From positions 95,108,001 through 95,172,000 of the forward strand of contig CM068742.1 of the NCBI GenBank assembly GCA_035084275.1: DNA of 64,000 bases, read 5' to 3'. This document shows, in pieces, positions 51,824 through 64,000 of this stretch; position 1 is the first letter of the stretch; every line of letters starts with the position of its first letter. Made by a program: the position numbers and the translations under genes. A model generated the notes under the pieces. The model saw nothing but the letters and a program-made list of their open reading frames with translations. It did no database searches and was not told the origin of the DNA. Source of the DNA: Hydrolagus colliei (lineage: Eukaryota).

Positions 51824-51952
51824 GTTTGAGCCAGCTCGCAGTCAGTGATGTAGATACATATCCAGATGACCTTCTGTTTGAGCTGGTGGAGCCCCCTCAG
51901 TTTGGTGATCTGATGATAGCTGACTATGGAACCCAGAAAAAGATGAAGAAAG
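51824..51952 (+). CDS. FRAS1: FRAS1 exon (GLSQLAVSDVDTYPDDLLFELVEPPQFG...KMKK)
   Basis: ttccag| acceptor, G|gtgagt donor, 129 nt, phase 1-1; absent from the ORF track. Confidence 0.93.
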
Positions 51953-53020
51953 GTGAGTGCTTCCCACAGACAGAGGTGCATTAAAGTACGGGTTTGAAAC
52001 TTGGATCATGAGGAAGGCACATAACTGAGAAGAACAAAAATGCCAGCTGATACTTCTTAGTGATGTAGCCTTCTAAGCCCATCAGTATTGCAGTACATGA
52101 TCCTTTTGAAGGCTTTGATAATAGCAGCATTCCTCTATTCCTGGTTCTGTAGATGTCAGCACTGTATCTTTTGGCAAAACATTTATTTTAAAAAAGCGCA
52201 CTGTTCCAATGTCATCATAACATTTTAGACACAGAGCTATGGAATACACTATGCCACAGAACATCCCCATGTTACAGATTTCCTTAAGTCATTTGCTTCT
52301 AACAGGATTAAAAAGTCATTCATTTTGATGGACAGGTTTTTTTTCTGGCTACACTGTCCTGCACTGTGAAAAGGAGGCACTGTATTACAGTTATGGGCAA
52401 ATCTTAAGCTTTCCTTCCTGAAACTATCATGTTGCTGATAGTGTAAAGCCCTTGTGTTTATGTAAACAGTACATGCTGAGATTTGGAAATCATCCAAATC
52501 AGGAACTGGCCTGGATTATTCACATTGCCTACACAGTGAGGACATTATGTTATCTGTCCAGGCAGCAATAATTCAGCAACCAATTCATGCCCTTGAGTGA
52601 ATAGAATTGGCGATGGCTTTTATAATCTCTGCTTTCCTGCCAGGGCTTCTTTATTCTTGCCCCACGCCACCCACCTCTACAATCTCCTCCAACCTCACAA
52701 ACTCAACCACTCGATCCACTCAGTAGGTATTGACCTGCTTCAAGTCCCTTGCCCCACCAGAGGTGATCACACTTTCAACATGACTGTCCCCATTTTTTTG
52801 AACTGTATCCTGGAGTCCCCTTGACTCACTCCTTTCCTCGTATCCTCCAAGGTCTCCCTCAAGACATTCCTCTTTGACCTCGCTTTCAGACATCTGTACC
52901 TGCCCATTTATTCAAATCCCTCGACCCCCACCCCCGGCTCTGGTGTAAGCGCTAGACTGTCCAGTGCGTTGGGATAGACATAAAAGGAGCTATGTGAATG
53001 AGCCTTCTTGCTTTCTGCAG

Positions 53021-53262
53021 GAGATACCTTCACACAGGACAATGTGGAACAGAACGCACTTCAGTACATTCATGATGGCAGTCAGACAACGGAAGACAGT
53101 ATGAGAATCCTGGTCACCGATGGAGTTACATCAGTAACAGTGCTGGTGAACGTGTGGGTAACGGTCAACAATGGACCACAGCTTGTACCTGGTTCTCTGC
53201 TGTCTATTTCAGTGTCGGAGAAGAATTCTGGGATAATAACAAGTTCTCACCTGGCATACATT
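53021..53262 (+). CDS. FRAS1: FRAS1 exon (GDTFTQDNVEQNALQYIHDGS...SHLAYI)
   Basis: ctgcag| acceptor, ATT|gtacgt donor, 242 nt, phase 1-0. Confidence 0.94.
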
Positions 53263-53675
53263 GTACGTACAGTATACTACCTGCAACTTGGGCATTCGGG
53301 CTTGTGTTTAATTTGTTGATTCCCACGTTATTATTTCTTTTTTTCTGATATTCTCCCTGCTTATTCTATACTTATTTTTATGATTCAATGTCATTCATTC
53401 CTGTGTAAGCTCACAAATATCCCTCACTCCCTGTTCTCCTACACACTCTCACTAAGATATCCTTTGCTCCCCGCACTAGTAGATACACTTAGATAGCCCT
53501 TGTTCCCCACTCTAGCTACAAACCATCACAAATATCCTTTGCTTCCTGATCTTCTACATACCGTCACAAAATGTTGTCCTTTTCCATGATTAAATAAATT
53601 GAGCATAAAAGTACCTTAAAACCCTGAAAAGAACAAAACGGACCTATATTTAACCAATTATCCTTTCTCCTCTAG

Positions 53676-53827
53676 GATAATAATTCTCCTGATGCTGCAA
53701 TCCAAATTCAGCTAATATCTCCCCCCATGTACGGCATTCTCACCAGGACTAAATTGGGGAACAAACACCAAGAACTCTCAAAACTGGCAACTTTTACAAT
53801 GGAAGATATTAAGAACCAGAAGATCAG
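53676..53827 (+). CDS. FRAS1: FRAS1 exon (DNNSPDAAIQIQLISPPMYG...FTMEDIKNQKIR)
   Basis: tctag| acceptor, AG|gtaagg donor, 152 nt, phase 0-2. Confidence 0.94.
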
Positions 53828-54303
53828 GTAAGGGTTAAAACTACTAATAATAATTCATACATTTTGATATAGGACCCTTTCATTATCATAGCAGTTGTGA
53901 AGTGTGTCTCTGGCCGATATCCAAGAGCAGATAAAAAATAAAGAGCAATTGATAAAAACAAGTTAAAGAATTGAATTGACAGAAAGAAAAACTTTTTTTT
54001 AAGCTTTATGCATAGGATTTTCCATCTATTTGCACACATTTTGGTTCTTGCATGGACCAATGACTATGTTACCATGTTAACTATTCATTGCAAGTTTGTT
54101 AAGTGCTTCATGATGCCTTTTACTAATTGTATACTGGCACTGTTTGACCCTCAGGAATTACTGAGTCGCTCTGAGTAAAGTTAAAATTTATTCCACATGC
54201 TAATAATGGCAATTTTCTGCTCAATTTCTTTCTAATGGCCATAAGGAGTGACAAGAGCAAAATGATTTTATTCCCCCAATGTTCTTAAATGAATCCCATT
54301 ACA

Positions 54304-55001
54304 CAGTAGAAGCCCGTTTATCCGTGACTCCATATAACTGGCACTTCCATATAACCGGCACGCCCAAAAAAAGTGCCATTTCGATATCTGGAACAATAGC
54401 GGTGGAGCATTTGTAAATGCATAAATAATAAGATAATAACAAAATATTGTGTTGGTACTTATTGTTACAACTACTCTCTTGCGCTTCTCACCTTTACTGG
54501 TAAATGCTGCTCTTGAAGCCATGATGCTGCGTTTGAGATTTATAGTCCAGCGATTCTCTTAAAATGGAGGACGCCAAGCAGGTAAAAAAACAGAGCGCGA
54601 CTGTAAAGCCTTACTAGCGGCAAGCCGATAACCCTAGCCTATAACCCACATTGTCGCACAGGTACAGTATTTCAGTTTGCTGCTAGTATCAGCTTGTTGT
54701 TAGTAAAGTGGCGCGACTTTAAAGTCGCGCTGCCGTTTTTTTCACTCACACGGCATCTTCCACTTTAAAAAAATCGCTGGACTGTAAACCTCAACCAGTA
54801 AAGGTGAGAAGAGCAAGAGAGTAGTTTTAACAATAAGTACCAATACAATATTCTGTTATTATCTGTTATTATTTAGTCTGGTGTGTATGGTGTTAATTTT
54901 TTTGTGGTGGGTTTTCAGCTGCAGGCCGCTCGAATATCTGGCAGGCGCTTTAACCGGCACTGGCCATGTCCCGTGGGTGCCGGATAAACAGGCTTTTACT
55001 G
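54304..55001. mobile_element. Tigger/pogo-like family A element with a long internal inverted repeat
   Basis: TIRs CAGTAGAAGCCCGTTTATCC / GGATAAACAGGCTTTTACTG|TA; internal arms 54423-54610 and 54715-54874. Confidence 0.85.
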
Positions 55002-55825
55002 TACTTCATGTTGTGGTAATGTGGACTGTCTATTAACACTTTGAATTCACAGAGGTTATTAAGTCAAGTCATCATCATGCTTAGCCTTCATGTGGACAAA
55101 GTTGCAATATCACATCAATGAAAGCCCTAGGATTACATGAGACAGCAACAATAACAAATTGCATTTATATTGTGCCTTTCACATCGAGAGGATATCACTA
55201 GGTGCTGGACAGTCAAGGGTTTACACCCCAGCTGGAGGTTTGATTTGGGAGAGGTGGGAACCAAGGGCAGTGGAGGTGAGGGGTGGGGACGATGAACTAA
55301 GTTGTGGTCAAAGAGGAAAGTCTTGAAATTGACCTTGAAAGAGAGAAGGGGACAATGTCATAAAGGTAGGCTAAACTGTGGAAATATTTAAAAGTGAGTA
55401 TGAGGATGTTGAACTCAATCCTCAGGAGAATGCAGAGCTAATGGTGCATGGGATGATAGGCTCACAGAGCCTAATACGAGAGAAGGAATGAACTGCAGAG
55501 TTCCTGATGATCTGCAGCTTGTGAATGTAAAAGTTGGTTAGTCTGGCAAGCAGACAGTTGGCGTAGTCTGTAACAAAGTGCTTATCCCTAGAAAACTCCA
55601 CAAGACTTCAGTAAAAATGCTATAAACCTACCTCTTTGAACATGCCTTCACTCACCTCCCCATCCTCCAAGCTCTCATGCTTGTGAAACGCTCGAGAGTT
55701 TATCTGATGCGGAGAGCACTATATAAATGCAAGTTGTTGTTATTATCTGTAATACTGTGATAAATTAATAATTAAATGAAACATTGTCTACATTATGCAA
55801 CTGACTTACTCCGTTGCCTAAACAG

Positions 55826-55988
55826 GTACATCACAGACTATGACACTGGCAACCAACCAGTCACGGATATTTTCTACTTTAATGTCTTCGATGCTGATAA
55901 CAATCAACTCAGTGACCAAATGTTTACCATCACCATCACTGCTGTCGAGAGCCAGCCACCAATGGTTACCATCAGAGATGAAGTCACT
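55826..55988 (+). CDS. FRAS1: FRAS1 exon (YITDYDTGNQPVTDIFYF...RDEVT)
   Basis: aacag| acceptor, ACT|gtgagt donor, 163 nt, phase 2-0. Confidence 0.94.
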
Positions 55989-56015
55989 GTGAGTTTTGAA
56001 AAAGTTAGCAAATGC

Positions 56016-57385
56016 TGTAAGGAGACCATGGCAATGATTCAATGCGCGACATAAACGTGTTATCCGTTAACTCCATAAATATTTGTGGATACAGAAACAG
56101 TCGGTAGCCAGATACCTTGAGTCAGATTTGAAACCATCTTTATTGACAGTAATATTAAAGGTGGATACAAACAACTAGGTGCTAATAGTTATAATAATCA
56201 ACACATCGCATCATATGGAATATACAAACAAAATACATCAAGATAAACAAGCTTATACTCTAAGAATTAGTAACTTAACTACTCCACGTATGCGTACTGC
56301 TCCCACCCAGCAGTGTGTGGATGCATGAGTGTGCAAATATACTACTGGGTTTGGGATGTCTGTCAAAAAGCACCACTGCAAGGTCCATTTTCTCTCTGCT
56401 GGTATGTTTCTTTGTTTCTCTGCTCTGCCCTGCTTGCTCTTTACTCAACCTCCATCGGTCTCTCTCTCTCTCTCTCTCTCTCTTTCTGCCAGGCTGTGCT
56501 TTGGTTTTGCTAGTTGGATCGACACTCTTCTTGACGGACGATCTAGACTCCTCTCTCTCTAGACTTAACCCTTCAGTGCTGTTACCCAGCTACAATACTG
56601 GCTGAACACACAGCAGCTGGACTCTCAGTAGCACAAGTCTATGATAGTCTGACTCTTGATTTCGGTTGATCGCACAATCCCCAAACAGCTGGATCTATCC
56701 TCTTCTATTCTCACTGTCCCGCTGCTTCCTGTCCTCCTGCTAGAATGACCTCTAACTTTCCTGCTTGTTCGGAGTTGTTGTACCCTTTTCCCTGAAACTG
56801 TCTTATCTCTATACCTTTCTGTCAGCATCAGGATGATATCCAGATTTCTCCTAATTGGGGTCTAATCAGTGTCCTGCGTCTCCCTTCCTTGCCTTATTTT
56901 CCTTGTTAAAACTTTGTTTTAACTCCCTCCTGTAACCCTTGACCTCCTCCTTACTTCACTGACTTCATTATCCTATCATGCCTCCTTGTACCTTTGTTTA
57001 CCTCATCATTTTAATTAGCTAAACTTTTCTAACGGTCTCCACATGATTGATTCATGGCACTCTGCCCATTCTTCTACTACCCTCATGGTCTTTCCTAATT
57101 TTCCTTTGCTCGCCTCCCTTCTTTTCCCAGACCTTGATATGGATACAGTTGTTAATTACATGTGTGCAGATGTGGTCCATGCCTTATCTCAGCCAGCTCA
57201 TACCAATCTGTTCTTTCACAGTCAGCTGTACGTGACTATCTGCTAATGAATTCAGGCAGGGCGAGCATGGCCCTTCTCCCAGCATTCTTCTGGGCACTTC
57301 TGAAATTATTTTGTTACTATTATTAGTCAATTTATATTATAAGTACATGACTTTATACTAGTATGTTTAAGTCTGCTGTTTCACA
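56016..57385 (-). mobile_element. Possible solo LTR (antisense)
   Basis: Minus strand begins TGTGAAAC and ends CCTTACA, with AATAAA about 125 nt before the 3' end; composition differs from the flanks; no clean target duplication found. Confidence 0.4.
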
Positions 57386-57768
57386 CAATAAAGAAAAAGA
57401 GATTACTTATTGATATAGCCATATATTTACAAACTCGATGGGGTTTCATTTGCGATATTCACAAACTGGATTCAAATATACACAGAATTAAAACACCCAA
57501 TTAATACAACAAAACTGCTTTGCAAACAGCTGGAAAGTAGACCCACACATATAAATGTCATTGAGTCTATCCCTGATGTATTTTTGCTCCGTTTCTTCCT
57601 TCTGTTGGTCCATGTGTCCATATTTGTCAGTCAACAGCCAAGGTATCACACAAAGGGTCTAATAGTTTAACCTGTTCCAAACTCAAGCATGTCCACCTCT
57701 ATATCAATATACAGATATATATATTATACATATAGATAACTGTTGAGATATATTTGTGCTTGATGTAG

Positions 57769-57901
57769 GTGGAAGAGGGAGGCCGTGTCCTGTTGTCATC
57801 ACACAGTATTCTAGCCACGGACTTTGACACCCCGAAGAGAGACCTGTTGGTGAGGATAACCACTGCCCCAATCTTCGGCTACATTGAGAACCTCAACAGA
57901 G
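57769..57901 (+). CDS. FRAS1: FRAS1 exon (VEEGGRVLLSSHSILATDFDTP...GYIENLNR)
   Basis: atgtag| acceptor, G|gtacag donor, 133 nt, phase 0-1. Confidence 0.92.
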
Positions 57902-58142
57902 GTACAGTATCTGCAAGTCTAATATACAGTATTATGTAACACATTTCTCAATTTACCGTCAAATACACTTCTACTGTTTTATTAATAATAATGATCCTTA
58001 CATTTGAGGTATAAGGCCTTGCTGAAGGTATGATACCTTTATTCAAGGTACAATACCTTTCATGTCAAGAGGAAGTCTCAAAACGATTCAGAGAATAAAC
58101 TGCATTGGAGTGAATATGTGCTTTTTATGCAAAGTGCAATTT

Positions 58143-58474
58143 ATAATAATAATAATAATAATCCTTGCATTTGATATAGCGCTTTCCACATCTTATCAAC
58201 ATCCCAAAGCGCTTCACAGAATATACTGTAAAGTGAATTTGACTGTATATATTTGTGGGCGAATCGTGGCAAACAATTGCGCACAGCAGTATCCCACAAA
58301 CAGCCGTGGATTGAAATAACCAATTTTATTATTGTGGTTTTTTTGGAGGGATTATTATTAGGAGTGTGGAGTAAGGAAACTTGCCCAAGGTTTCACCCTG
58401 ACCTGCCTGCATTTGAACACAGGTCTCCCCAGCTTGCAAGACAAGTGCTCTAACCACTGAGCCACAGGAGCTCC
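58143..58474 (-). mobile_element. Full-length tRNA-SINE
   Basis: Closely similar to the 30051-30376 copy; A box and (TTA)n tail. Confidence 0.9.
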
Positions 58475-58768
58475 ACAAATTTATTCACAGTAATATCCCA
58501 CAATTATCCATGAAATTAATGACGCATGTTTAATTTGTCGGATTGTTTCCAAAGAGAAACTCCCTTCTCGAGCAGTGTCATGGGATCTTTGATGCACCTG
58601 AGCATGAAAGCAAGACCTTGGGTTAAAAACTCATCTGAAGGACAGCGATGAGTCACAGTCACTTCGACAGGTCCAATGTTGCCTTGTCTCTGACTGCCAC
58701 ACTGGCACCACTTTAGATAATGTTCATAATGTGGGATTGAATTTTTTTGTTGTTGATTTTATTGACAG

Positions 58769-58959
58769 AAGAAAGAAACGACAGAGCAGTTATCATCAGC
58801 CCGGGCATTCCCTTCTCTATTCAGGACATTCTTGATAACAGTATTTACTATGTGCAAAGCGTCCATCGAAATATTGAGCCAATATTGGATGGCTTCGACT
58901 TCTATGTAACTGATGGCACATCTCGGTCTCCATCGTACCACTTCAACATCACTATTCTG
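58769..58959 (+). CDS. FRAS1: FRAS1 exon (EERNDRAV...IQDILDNSIYYVQSVH...FNITIL)
   Basis: gacag| acceptor (CAGAAG tandem), CTG|gtatgg donor, 191 nt, phase 1-0. Confidence 0.93.
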
Positions 58960-59469
58960 GTATGGTTAGCTGTCACTTCACCTTACATAATAATATAAAT
59001 TAGTCATGCATTTGATAAATGGTTACAGCAATGATGTTTTTCAACTGCTTCTGCAAAGAATTACCCGCTGGGGCCTGTCCTTCACCTGACCCTTTGCTTC
59101 CTGTTGCTGCATTGGTGCATCTGAAAGTGTTCTCCTGAGTTTACTTTTTCAATACCATCTGACATTGTTACACAGTGAATCCTTGTTGTCACAATGTTTT
59201 GGGATCCATAGAGTAGAGTCCTGATAACCCGGAAGTCAGCAATTCGGGTATACACAGAGCACTGGAAATTATGTCGAAGGTGATCTTAAGACCAAAATGT
59301 CAGCTGTTTTTCTAATGCAGGAACTGAGACGGCCAGCTGGAAACTTGCCTGGTGGAACCAGCAATCACAGCCTTGTTATATGATGGGTTGGGCTTTTATA
59401 GGTTACAATGAGGCTCCACTGTATTATGGAAAGAACAGCTTTGAACTCAGCCTCCCTGTTTGTCTCCAG

Positions 59470-59623
59470 CTGAAGAATGATGAGCCTCCCAGAATAACTG
59501 TTGAAAGTGCCCATGTGAAGGAAGGAGCTGGCATGGTGATCACAAACACCTCCCTCAGGCTGCAGGACCTGGACACACCAGAGAATGAATTGGTTTTCAG
59601 AGTGACCAAGAAACCAAACTATG
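59470..59623 (+). CDS. FRAS1: FRAS1 exon (LKNDEPPRITV...LQDLDTPENELVFRVTKKPNY)
   Basis: ctccag| acceptor, G|gtatta donor, 154 nt, phase 0-1. Confidence 0.93.
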
Positions 59624-59625
59624 GT

Positions 59626-59950
59626 ATTATTATAATAATAATAATAATTCTTGCTTTTAATATAATGTCTTATGTCTTTGAGACGTCTCAAAGTGCTTCA
59701 CTGTAAAGTGAATTTTACATTTTGTTGGTGGAACGCTGCAGCCAATTGCACACCACAGTGTCCACACAAACATTTTGGGATTGAGTGACCAAATTACTAT
59801 TTTTTGAAAGGAATTATTACCCCTGGAGAAGTGATCCACCAATCAACTAATAATCAGGTTCCTACTTACTGCTAGGTAAACCTGCTAGGCGTGTGGAGTA
59901 ACAACAAAATTACATTTAAAGAAACTTGCCTGACGTTTCGCCCTGTGGGA
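59626..59950 (-). mobile_element. tRNA-SINE (variant) abutting a FRAS1 splice donor
   Basis: The (TAA)n tail starts within a few nt of the GT at 59624; body GCAGCCAATTGCACACCACAGTGTCC. Confidence 0.8.
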
Positions 59951-60707
59951 ACTTGAATAATACAAAAAATCTGAGATTCTGCTTTTTTAAATAATTGTAC
60001 AATAATTTTAGAATTTTATTTGGAGGTTGTGGGAGTCAGAATTCAGCATACAAATTTAACATTCAATGCAGATTTGTATCTGGCTTGCTCTGGATAGCAC
60101 TATTTTTAAATAGCATTATAAAGTAGAATGTACTCTGATTTGTAGCATATGTTGAAGCCAGTTTCATTCAGTAAAACATTTTGCGAGTACTTGGTAGGTA
60201 GCATACTGCATGGAAGAATTATGCCTGATTTATGCATTTCTTCCAGCAGTAGAGTAAGTAGCAAATCCTTACATTTGGTGAAGTCCATTTCTCAGAGCAC
60301 TTCACAGGAAATAGTGTGAAGTGCAGTGACTGTATATTTTGTAGCTGAGCGCCCACTTCTCTGAAATGCAAGCATCTCTGAGAAGAGAAACAGCATTCAA
60401 ATTGTTTGCTTTACATTTTCTCTGGGCTCAGAGAAGCTACTACGCAGATTTGCTAAACCCTCAATGTTTTTTTTTATGTTATTTTGTTGAAAGATTCACT
60501 CATGTAGCTGGTCTTGATGTATGAGGTGACTGAACCACTGGGAAAGCTATCAGTTTTTTAAATTATTGGGGAGGAGGATGGGTGGGGAGTGGAATGATTA
60601 TTTCAACAACTCAAATATTTTATGGTTGAATTTTTTTTCTAGTTAAACAAAACTCAGAACCATTTCTCTGACAAATGGTTCATTTCTGTTTTTTGTTGCT
60701 ACTTAAG

Positions 60708-60971
60708 GCAAACTTCGGAGGAGGCAGTTTTATTCAGAGCCTCTAGAAAATGGCCGTGTGCTGACCCAAGGCTCATCCTTCACATACCAGGATGTGCTGG
60801 ATGCTCTGATAGTTTACACCCACGAAGGGCCCAGCATCCAACCCGACGAATTTCGATTTGCCTTCACGGATGGGCTGTACACAGAGAATGGGAAAATGGA
60901 GTTCCAAGTGGAAAAGCAAAAGAATGAAGCACCAAGATTAACTGTTAACCGTGGTCTACAGTTCACAGCAG
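60708..60971 (+). CDS. FRAS1: FRAS1 exon (GKLRRRQFYSEPLENGRVL...NRGLQFTA)
   Basis: ttaag| (AAG-type) acceptor, G|gtaaga donor, 264 nt, phase 1-1. Confidence 0.93.
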
Positions 60972-61796
60972 GTAAGAGCAAGAGTTCAGACAAGCCCATA
61001 AACACGTACAGAAAACAGTCAATACCTTATCTGAGATCTCTTTTGTCAGAATTGTTTTATCATTTTTCCATAAAATGGTCCAAGGGCTCTGGTTATGAAG
61101 GCTGCTTTATAACTAGACTTTGATGTTGTTTTGGTTTTGTCTGGTGGTGGTGTTGATGGTCATCAGGTAACGCCCCAGGCCTGAAATTCCATCTAGCCTT
61201 AAGCTGTCAATTCATTTTATGTCTTAAAATGAAAGACTCGAACAAGAATTGTGGAAAATTCTCAAATTCAATCTTAACTCAGAAACTGCTTTTCTGCTCT
61301 TAAAAAGAATTGACTTCCAAATTAAGACTAATTCCAAAAATTTCAACAATTCTGCACAAACTTACATTTTCAGGAAAAAACTAATGTTGCAGGCTAACAC
61401 TAAGTGGAATTTCAGGGCTGTCTGCAAGACAATACCAGATTGAGATCATTTGTGAATAAATTTACTGAAGATTCCCCATTCCCCAGAGTATGTTAATTCG
61501 TAGTATTAATGTACAACACCAACAAAATTACATTTGTACAGCACCTTTCACGTCGGGAGGTAGCAATGTTAGAGTTAGAATCAACCAGACCATTAATCAA
61601 CCAATTATCAATAATTGATCTGGTATTTGCGTAATAGGAGTGTGGGCATCAGGAGTGGGGCTAATTTAAATTGCACTTAAGACATTATACTTGGTTAGAT
61701 ATTTGAACTCTCTTATATTTACAATGCAGAACCACAAAAAGTGATTTACCATCAACCAGTACATGATCATTCAATTATTTCTTCTATTGCATTTAG

Positions 61797-61985
61797 GCTC
61801 CATGTCGGTGATCACTGAGCAGCATCTAAAGGCTTCGGACATCGATTCTGAAAATGAGAAGCTCAAATTTGTTATAACCAAAGACCCGACAGTGGGACGT
61901 CTGCAAATGTCCAAAAATGACAATTTGGTTCAGATTTCTATCAGGGGACCTATTAAAAGCTTCACCCAAGCTGACATCAAGAAAG
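61797..61985 (+). CDS. FRAS1: FRAS1 exon (GSMSVITEQHLKASDIDS...SFTQADIKK)
   Basis: tttag| acceptor, G|gtgaat donor, 189 nt, phase 1-1. Confidence 0.95.
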
Positions 61986-62121
61986 GTGAATGAATCCTAC
62001 CTACTTTCTCCTTAGACCCTAAAAAAGACATCTGGCAAAATATACTGAATCATTTGTTTAACGTTTGACTTTGAACTTGCAATAAACATAAGGTATAACG
62101 TTGGCAAAGTAAAAGAGAAAC

Positions 62122-62375
62122 CATAATAATCCTTGCATTTGATATAGCACTTTTCACATCTTCTAGACGTCTCAAAGCGCTTCACAGAATATACTGTAAA
62201 TTGAATTGATTGTATATTTGTTGGTGAAACGCGGCAGCCAATTGTGCACAGCAGTGTCCCACAAACAGTCGTGGATTAAAATGACCACTTCTATTATTGT
62301 GTATTTTTTGGAGGGATTATTATTAGGCGTGTGGAGTAAGGAAACTTGACCAAGGTTTTGCCCTGACCTGCCTGG
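62122..62375 (-). mobile_element. tRNA-SINE, 5'-truncated
   Basis: ATAATAATCCTTGCATTTGATATAGC...GTGGAGTAAGGAAACTTG. Confidence 0.88.
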
Positions 62376-62447
62376 ATAATATTATGACACAACACTCCTC
62401 AACAAGATGTTTTTTAAACCACTCACAACTTTCTACTGCGTTGGTAG

Positions 62448-62567
62448 GGTATGTGGAATACCGTCATGAAAAAGGCGAGCCTGGTGGGAGTTTCGCTTTC
62501 AAGTTTGATGTGGTCGATATAGATGGAAATAAATTAATCGATCAGTCTTTCTTCATTAGCGTGCTGG
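62448..62567 (+). CDS. FRAS1: FRAS1 exon (GYVEYRHEKGEPGGSFAFKFDVVD...ISVL)
   Basis: ggtag| acceptor, G|gtgagt donor, 120 nt, phase 1-1. Confidence 0.95.
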
Positions 62568-63499
62568 GTGAGTGTTTTTCTAATTCCTGTTAGTAACTTG
62601 TTTCATTTATGTTTTATTTTCTTGTATCCAATACTTTGTTCTAATTTCAATAACAACACATTGTATTTGTGCATTCCTTTCACATCGGGTGGATGTCCCG
62701 AGGCGCAGGACAGTCATTGGTGGTGAGGGAAGGGGTGAGTCAAAGGGATTCCAGAATGCAGTTCCAAAGAGTGAGGACAGATAGGCTGAAAGCCTGTCCC
62801 GTGTTGGTGGAGCAGGTAGGGCGGAGGCCATAAAATAGGCTAGTGCTTGCCGAGCAGAGGTAGTGGACAGGTTGGTAGTATTTTAAAAGGTCACAGGGCG
62901 AGGGTGGGGCAAGATTGTGGAGGGATTTCTAAAGGAACAAGGATCTTGAACTCAATCCTCCAGTCTCTCTCCCATTGTTTACATGAGACCTTTGGCAGTC
63001 AACAAGTCACTCGACCAGAGGGTGTTATAGCCGAGCCTGAACACTGAGCTCATTGCCATACAACCAATAGAGGGTGCTGTAGAGATAACAGAAGCAGGAA
63101 CCCCTCTCTAATCCTAAAAAGGCTGGACACAATACACTTCTCATTACAACCCTGGCTGAGACCAGCAAACTCAGCACATGCAGGTTTCCAACCAGTGAGC
63201 TCCTGGTTTGTAAGATACAGCTCTAATCACAACAACATCAGGTTTGGAAATCTTAACATTTGCCAGGCTCGTTGACATTGCAAGTAGAAATTTTATAAGT
63301 AAAGTGAGTAAGTCTGATGCTTTTGCTACTCAGAGCCAGGATATGGAATGTGAGGAGCTCACTCTGATACCCACATGGATGTGAATTACGCTTCTTTTTT
63401 TTAGCAGTGCTTACTGAATGAACACAGTCTGTATTAAAAGCTGCTATAAGCCATTATTAATTTGTCTTCTTCCTTGATCACAGTTATAATGTTTGAATC

Positions 63500-63995
63500 C
63501 CACTGTGTGCTACAACAGCAACTTGCAAACAGATACATAGCAACCTCCACACAGGGTAGCACCTTAGGGTGCTTAACAGTGGAGGAGCATGACTGGCAGG
63601 AGCTATGGCTGTGAGAAGGTGGTGTGGATAGTTTGGGGTGGGAAGGGACATAGGGGAGGTGGTGTTGGAAGGGGACTGGGGAGGGTGGAAGGGGACGGGG
63701 GGGTGGAAACGAATGTTTTCAATCTTTGAGGTGAATATGCCTAGGTCCTCTTCTTGCTTGGTGTTTGATGTGAGGATAGCGGGAGCTAGAGGGGTTGCAT
63801 GCAGGAGGTGATGGATGCTGGAAACCAGTATATTTGGATTGTATTTGACCTCCAGGGTGACTTTGGAGTTTTGGCCTGTGAAAGGCAGAGGCAATAGGTG
63901 TGAAGATGCTCAAGCCACAGCTGACGGTGAAAAGTGAGGCCAGATTTCTGCCATCTGCGCTCGAACGTCTGGGTTTGAGTTTTAAGTGAGCAGAG
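63500..63995 (-). mobile_element. L2-type LINE internal fragment
   Basis: Minus translation EEDLGIFTSKIENIR resembles the L2 endonuclease-RT linker (FFxxKIxxIR). Confidence 0.55.
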
Positions 63996-64000
63996 ATGAC

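Larger units (their letters stand above)
5344..62567 (+). other. FRAS1: FRAS1 gene body (internal part; 26 coding exons; start and stop outside window)
   Basis: Spliced translation follows vertebrate FRAS1 as I recall it, colinearly (ADLHNTGSICL, KVLLFGECQYE, FTQQDIDDGIVWYRHSG, GLPESV, EPLENGRVL, GEPGGSFAFKFDVVD). All junction phases are compatible and there are no in-frame stops. Confidence 0.97.

Overview
Vertebrate genomic DNA. The repeat landscape (tRNA-Ala-like SINEs with L2-type tails, Deu-domain SINEs, abundant L2/CR1 fragments) suggests a cartilaginous fish, possibly a chimaera; this is inference. The window lies inside the FRAS1 gene on the + strand. I traced 26 consecutive internal coding exons (5344-62567; 4173 nt, about 1391 codons) with compatible phases: six furin-like Cys-rich exons followed by CSPG/cadherin-like repeat exons. 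They include a GC-AG intron, a 33-nt micro-exon and two NAGNAG acceptors. The introns are full of SINEs, L2/CR1 remnants, Tigger/pogo and hAT MITEs, two transposase remnants and a possible solo LTR. The most notable unexpected items are (1) a frameshifted Tctex1-type dynein light chain gene nested antisense in a FRAS1 intron, (2) a fold-back Tigger-like element built from two inverted transposase 5' ends, and (3) a near-perfect 83-nt hairpin directly behind a truncated, young-looking BED-finger hAT transposase. I see no evidence of a wholly new multi-gene system. All homology calls come from my recall of family motifs, not from database searches. Repeat boundaries are approximate; exon boundaries were read base by base.
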